Shown piece by piece: positions 61,101-64,000 of a DNA stretch of 64,000 nucleotides. The translations under genes and the position numbers were made by a program. The first letter of the stretch is position 1, and every line of letters begins with the position of its first letter. Source of the stretch: a virus; IMG/VR virus record IMGVR_UViG_3300031746_000007, positions 20,669 through 84,668 of that record; one strand, given 5' to 3'. The notes below the pieces were generated by a model. That model worked only from the letters and a program-made list of their open reading frames with translations, was not told the origin of the DNA and did no database searches.

Positions 61101-61880
61101 GTGACTGAGACTACAGAGGAGACTGTCGTGTTTAGAGGAATCGAAAACGCTCAGATGTCGCGAGGTGGTAACTGGATCCAGCCGGGCAAGTTCGTGCTCA
61201 TGCTCGACTTCCTGAAGGTCCATATCAACACGGTGAAGAACGGGGAGCAGTTCATCGCCGAATTCTTCGTGCTCTACTCGACGAACCCGAACCAGCCGGC
61301 CGGGTCGAAGGTGTCGTGGTGCGCCTCGAGCTGGCACCCGAGCGCCGCTGGCAACATCAAAGCCTTCTTTGTGAGCCTGCTCGGGATTCAGCCGCAGCAA
61401 GTGACCGAGGCGGGCTGTGCGATGGCAGTGTCGCCGCAGCAACCGATGCAGGGCAAGCTCGTGCTCGCCGAAGCGTACAACAAGAAGACGCAGAAGACGG
61501 GCAGCGACTTCACCGCGATCAACTGGGGCAACGCCGACGCGTCGTGGCAACAGCGCGCGGTCGAGCTGGTCAAGACTCTCGGCATCGCTCTGACGCCGAA
61601 AGACCAGATCAACCAACCGCCGGCGCAGCCGCAGAGCTTTGGCGGCGGGCAGATGCAGCAACCGTACCCGCAGCAACCGGCCGCGCCGCAAGGCGGTTTC
61701 CAGGGGGCGCCGCAAGGCTTCCCGCAACAGCCGTTCCCGCAGCAACAGGCGCAGCCGCAAGGCTTCCCGCAGCAACCGGCTCCGCAGGGCTTCCCGCAGA
61801 TGGGTCAACCCCTGTCGGGTGGTTTTGGCCCACCGACCGGCTTCCCGCCGGCGGGCGGGCAGGGACCGACACCGTTCTAG
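61101..61880 (+). CDS. ssDNA-binding-like protein with Gln/Pro/Gly-rich tail
   Basis: Beta-rich N-domain, low-complexity tail ending PF, between helicase and polymerase. Confidence 0.55.
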   Translation: MTETTEETVVFRGIENAQMSRGGNWIQPGKFVLMLDFLKVHINTVKNGEQFIAEFFVLYSTNPNQPAGSKVSWCASSWHPSAAGNIKAFFVSLLGIQPQQVTEAGCAMAVSPQQPMQGKLVLAEAYNKKTQKTGSDFTAINWGNADASWQQRAVELVKTLGIALTPKDQINQPPAQPQSFGGGQMQQPYPQQPAAPQGGFQGAPQGFPQQPFPQQQAQPQGFPQQPAPQGFPQMGQPLSGGFGPPTGFPPAGGQGPTPF

Positions 61881-61970
61881 GTTTCAGAGTCGGACGGCAA
61901 CAGACTAGGGCTTGAACAAGGCCCGCGGCGCACGAGGAGCCGTCCCCTCGTGCGCCGCACGGATCGACCA

Positions 61971-63821
61971 ATGGACATCATCGGCATCGACACAGAGACG
62001 TTCCGATTCGTCCAAGGCAACATGAGCCCGAAGGTCGTGTGCCTGTCGTGGGCGATGGCCGGCGGGGCGGGCGTGTTCCGCCGGCAGGACGCGTTCGATC
62101 GCTTGCGCAAGATTCTCGGCGCCGCGATCGACGGGCAGGCGAAGGTCATCGGGGCGCGTATCTCGTACGACGCGCGCGTGTGCATGCGTACGTTCCCCGA
62201 GCTGGCGCCGCTATGGTGGAAAGCGTACGAGGCGGGCAACGTCGAAGACGTCCAGATCCGCGAGAAGCTGCTCGACATCGGCAACGGGGTTCACGGGCAA
62301 TTCAAAGACTCGAGAGGCTACTCGCTCGCCGCGCTCGCCAAGCAAATCCTGAACGTCGACCTCGACAAGACGACCTGGCGAATGGACTACGGGGCGCTCG
62401 ACGACCTGCCGCTCGAGCAGTGGCCGGCAGGCGCGCGCGACTACGCGACGACCGACGCCTCGATCCTCCTTCCGATCTGGCACAGCCAGGAAGAACGGGC
62501 GGGGCGGATGGGCTACGCGCTCGTCGACGGGCACCGCCAGGCGCGAGCCGACCTCGCGTTGCAGCTCGCCTCCGCTTGGGGCATCCGCACGGATGCCGAG
62601 AGGGTGCGCAAGCTGAACGACGACATCGCCAAGAAGCTCGGGGAGCTAGCCGACAAGCTCCGGCGCGAGGGCATCATGCGACCGGACGGGTCGAAGAACG
62701 TCAAGGCGATCCGCGACCGCGTCCAGAAGACATACCCGGGCGGCGAGCCGCCTCGCACCGAGGGTGGAGCCGTCTCGACCGGCGGCGAGGTGCTCGAGGA
62801 GTGCGACGATCTCGTGCTCGGCATCCTCGCGACCTACAACGGGCTCGAGAAGACGGGCTCGACGTTCGGCGCGAAGCTCTTCGAAGGCACAGTCGGGCCG
62901 ATTCATTGCGGGTTCGACGTGCTCGGAGCCGACACCGGTCGGATCTCGAGCTTCGACCCCAATCTCACGAACCAGCCGCGCGCGGGCGGAGTGCGCGAGT
63001 GCTTCGTCCCGCGGCCAGGGAGCGCGTTCATCGCTTGCGACTTCGACTGTCAGGAGATGCGGACGTGGGCGCAGGCGTGCACCGATCTGGTCGGGCAGTC
63101 GACGCTCGCCGAGTCGTTCCGGCGCGACCCCGACTTTGATCCGCACACGCTGTTCGCGTCGAACCGCCTCGGCATCACCTACGAAGAGGGCTTGAAGCGC
63201 AAGGCAGCTGACGAAGAGGTGTTGAAGACGGCGCGACAGCGCGCGAAAGCCGCCGACTTCGGGTTCCCGGGCGGCATGGGCGCGAAGACGTTCCGAGCGT
63301 ACGCGAAGAACTATGGGGTGTACCTCACGCTTCAAGAGGCGGAGAAGGTCAAAGCAGAATTCATGGGGCAGTACCCCGAGGCGCCCGCGTTCTTCAACTG
63401 GGTGTCGGCGATGGTGCCGGATGGCGGGACCGTGACCGCGCGCATGGTGCGCAGCGGTCGGTGGCGCGGCAACTGTCGGTTCACGCAGCTCGCCAACATT
63501 CAGTTCCAGGGCCCGGCGAGCGACGCGAGCAAGACCGCGATGTTCGAAGTGTCGAAGCGCTGCCACAATGAGCCGGCGTCGGCTCTCTACGGTAGTCGAC
63601 TGCTCTTGTTCGTGCACGACGAGCTGGTGCTCGAGTCACCGCTCGATCGAGTGCACGAGGCAGCGCTCGAGCTTGAGAATGTCATGGCGCGTTCGCAAGA
63701 GTTGTGGACCCCGAACGTGCCGGCTCGAGCGTCGGCGACTGCGATGCTCCGGTGGAGCAAGAAGGCGAAGCGGGTCAAGGGACCGGACGGCAGGCTGATC
63801 CCGTGGGATGAGAAAAAATGA
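61971..63821 (+). CDS. polA: Family A DNA polymerase with 3'-5' exonuclease
   Basis: IDTET, YD, YA..D exo motifs; TGR.SS..PNL.N.PR; DFD.QE.R; R..AK..FG; FVHDE. Confidence 0.93.
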   Translation: MDIIGIDTETFRFVQGNMSPKVVCLSWAMAGGAGVFRRQDAFDRLRKILGAAIDGQAKVIGARISYDARVCMRTFPELAPLWWKAYEAGNVEDVQIREKLLDIGNGVHGQFKDSRGYSLAALAKQILNVDLDKTTWRMDYGALDDLPLEQWPAGARDYATTDASILLPIWHSQEERAGRMGYALVDGHRQARADLALQLASAWGIRTDAERVRKLNDDIAKKLGELADKLRREGIMRPDGSKNVKAIRDRVQKTYPGGEPPRTEGGAVSTGGEVLEECDDLVLGILATYNGLEKTGSTFGAKLFEGTVGPIHCGFDVLGADTGRISSFDPNLTNQPRAGGVRECFVPRPGSAFIACDFDCQEMRTWAQACTDLVGQSTLAESFRRDPDFDPHTLFASNRLGITYEEGLKRKAADEEVLKTARQRAKAADFGFPGGMGAKTFRAYAKNYGVYLTLQEAEKVKAEFMGQYPEAPAFFNWVSAMVPDGGTVTARMVRSGRWRGNCRFTQLANIQFQGPASDASKTAMFEVSKRCHNEPASALYGSRLLLFVHDELVLESPLDRVHEAALELENVMARSQELWTPNVPARASATAMLRWSKKAKRVKGPDGRLIPWDEKK

Positions 63822-64000
63822 GAGTGATGGCATTCGATCCTGGCAAGCTCGCGGTCGGGTGGGCGACCGCTGACGAAAAGGGCATCATGCGGTGCGGGCT
63901 CGTGAGCGACAAAACGCAGCCCGGCCTTTTGCGCAAGCTCCGCGACATGCAGCTCGGGGTCGCGACGCAGGGCATCCGCGTCGTGATCGAGGTGCCGCAG
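63818..64000 (+). CDS. RuvC-like Holliday junction resolvase, partial
   Basis: MRVMAFDPG..AVGWA...VVIE.PQ; runs off the window. Confidence 0.75.
   Translation, partial: MRVMAFDPGKLAVGWATADEKGIMRCGLVSDKTQPGLLRKLRDMQLGVATQGIRVVIEVPQ

Larger units (their letters stand above)
1..64000. mobile_element. Myovirus-type bacteriophage genome segment (phage or prophage; ends not visible)
   Basis: Terminase, portal, capsid, sheath, tube and tape measure genes plus a phage replication module; no host genes seen. Confidence 0.95.

Noticed and set aside
1-64000. tRNA/rRNA genes, reverse transcriptase or diversity-generating retroelement
   Set aside because: No cloverleaf, rRNA-like stretch, RT motif or TR/VR pair noticed by eye; a tRNAscan/Infernal run would be needed to exclude them.

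Overview
The whole window reads as part of a GC-rich tailed-phage genome with a contractile tail. No host housekeeping genes, rRNA, tRNA or CRISPR array are visible. A myxobacterial or deltaproteobacterial host is a guess only. (1) 1-24.2 kb, minus strand: virion module with TerL, portal, MuF-like protein, scaffold, major capsid, neck, sheath, tube, frameshifted tail chaperone, tape measure and a LysM protein, plus three HNH/EndoVII nucleases. (2) 24.2-46.4 kb: ParB-like, HTH and Cre-like tyrosine recombinase genes, then a ~20 kb array of ~50 mostly tiny minus-strand genes. The array is punctuated by 20 copies of a conserved 35-36 bp element (AATTCTC-TTGACA-N9-GAGAATGA-GACRMT on the minus strand). 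The element looks like a sigma70-type promoter carrying a dyad protein-binding site, and it abuts or overlaps the stop codon of the preceding gene. (3) 46.4-52 kb: G/C-tract region with TGAC..GTCA dyads, a TerS-like gene ~22 kb from TerL, lysis-like membrane genes, an AT-rich ori candidate and a dNMP kinase. (4) 52-64 kb, plus strand: primase-helicase, PIF1-like helicase, MT-A70 methylase, Cas4-like nuclease, SF2 helicase, SSB-like protein, family A polymerase and RuvC-like resolvase. Two candidate systems stand out. One is the recombinase-linked promoter-cassette array. The other is a dispersed set of toxin-like enzymes (RSE ART, ART+zincin, GNAT) sharing one ~25-aa N-terminal leader, plausibly a capsid-loading signal. 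All product calls come from motif recognition and gene order; no database searches were run.
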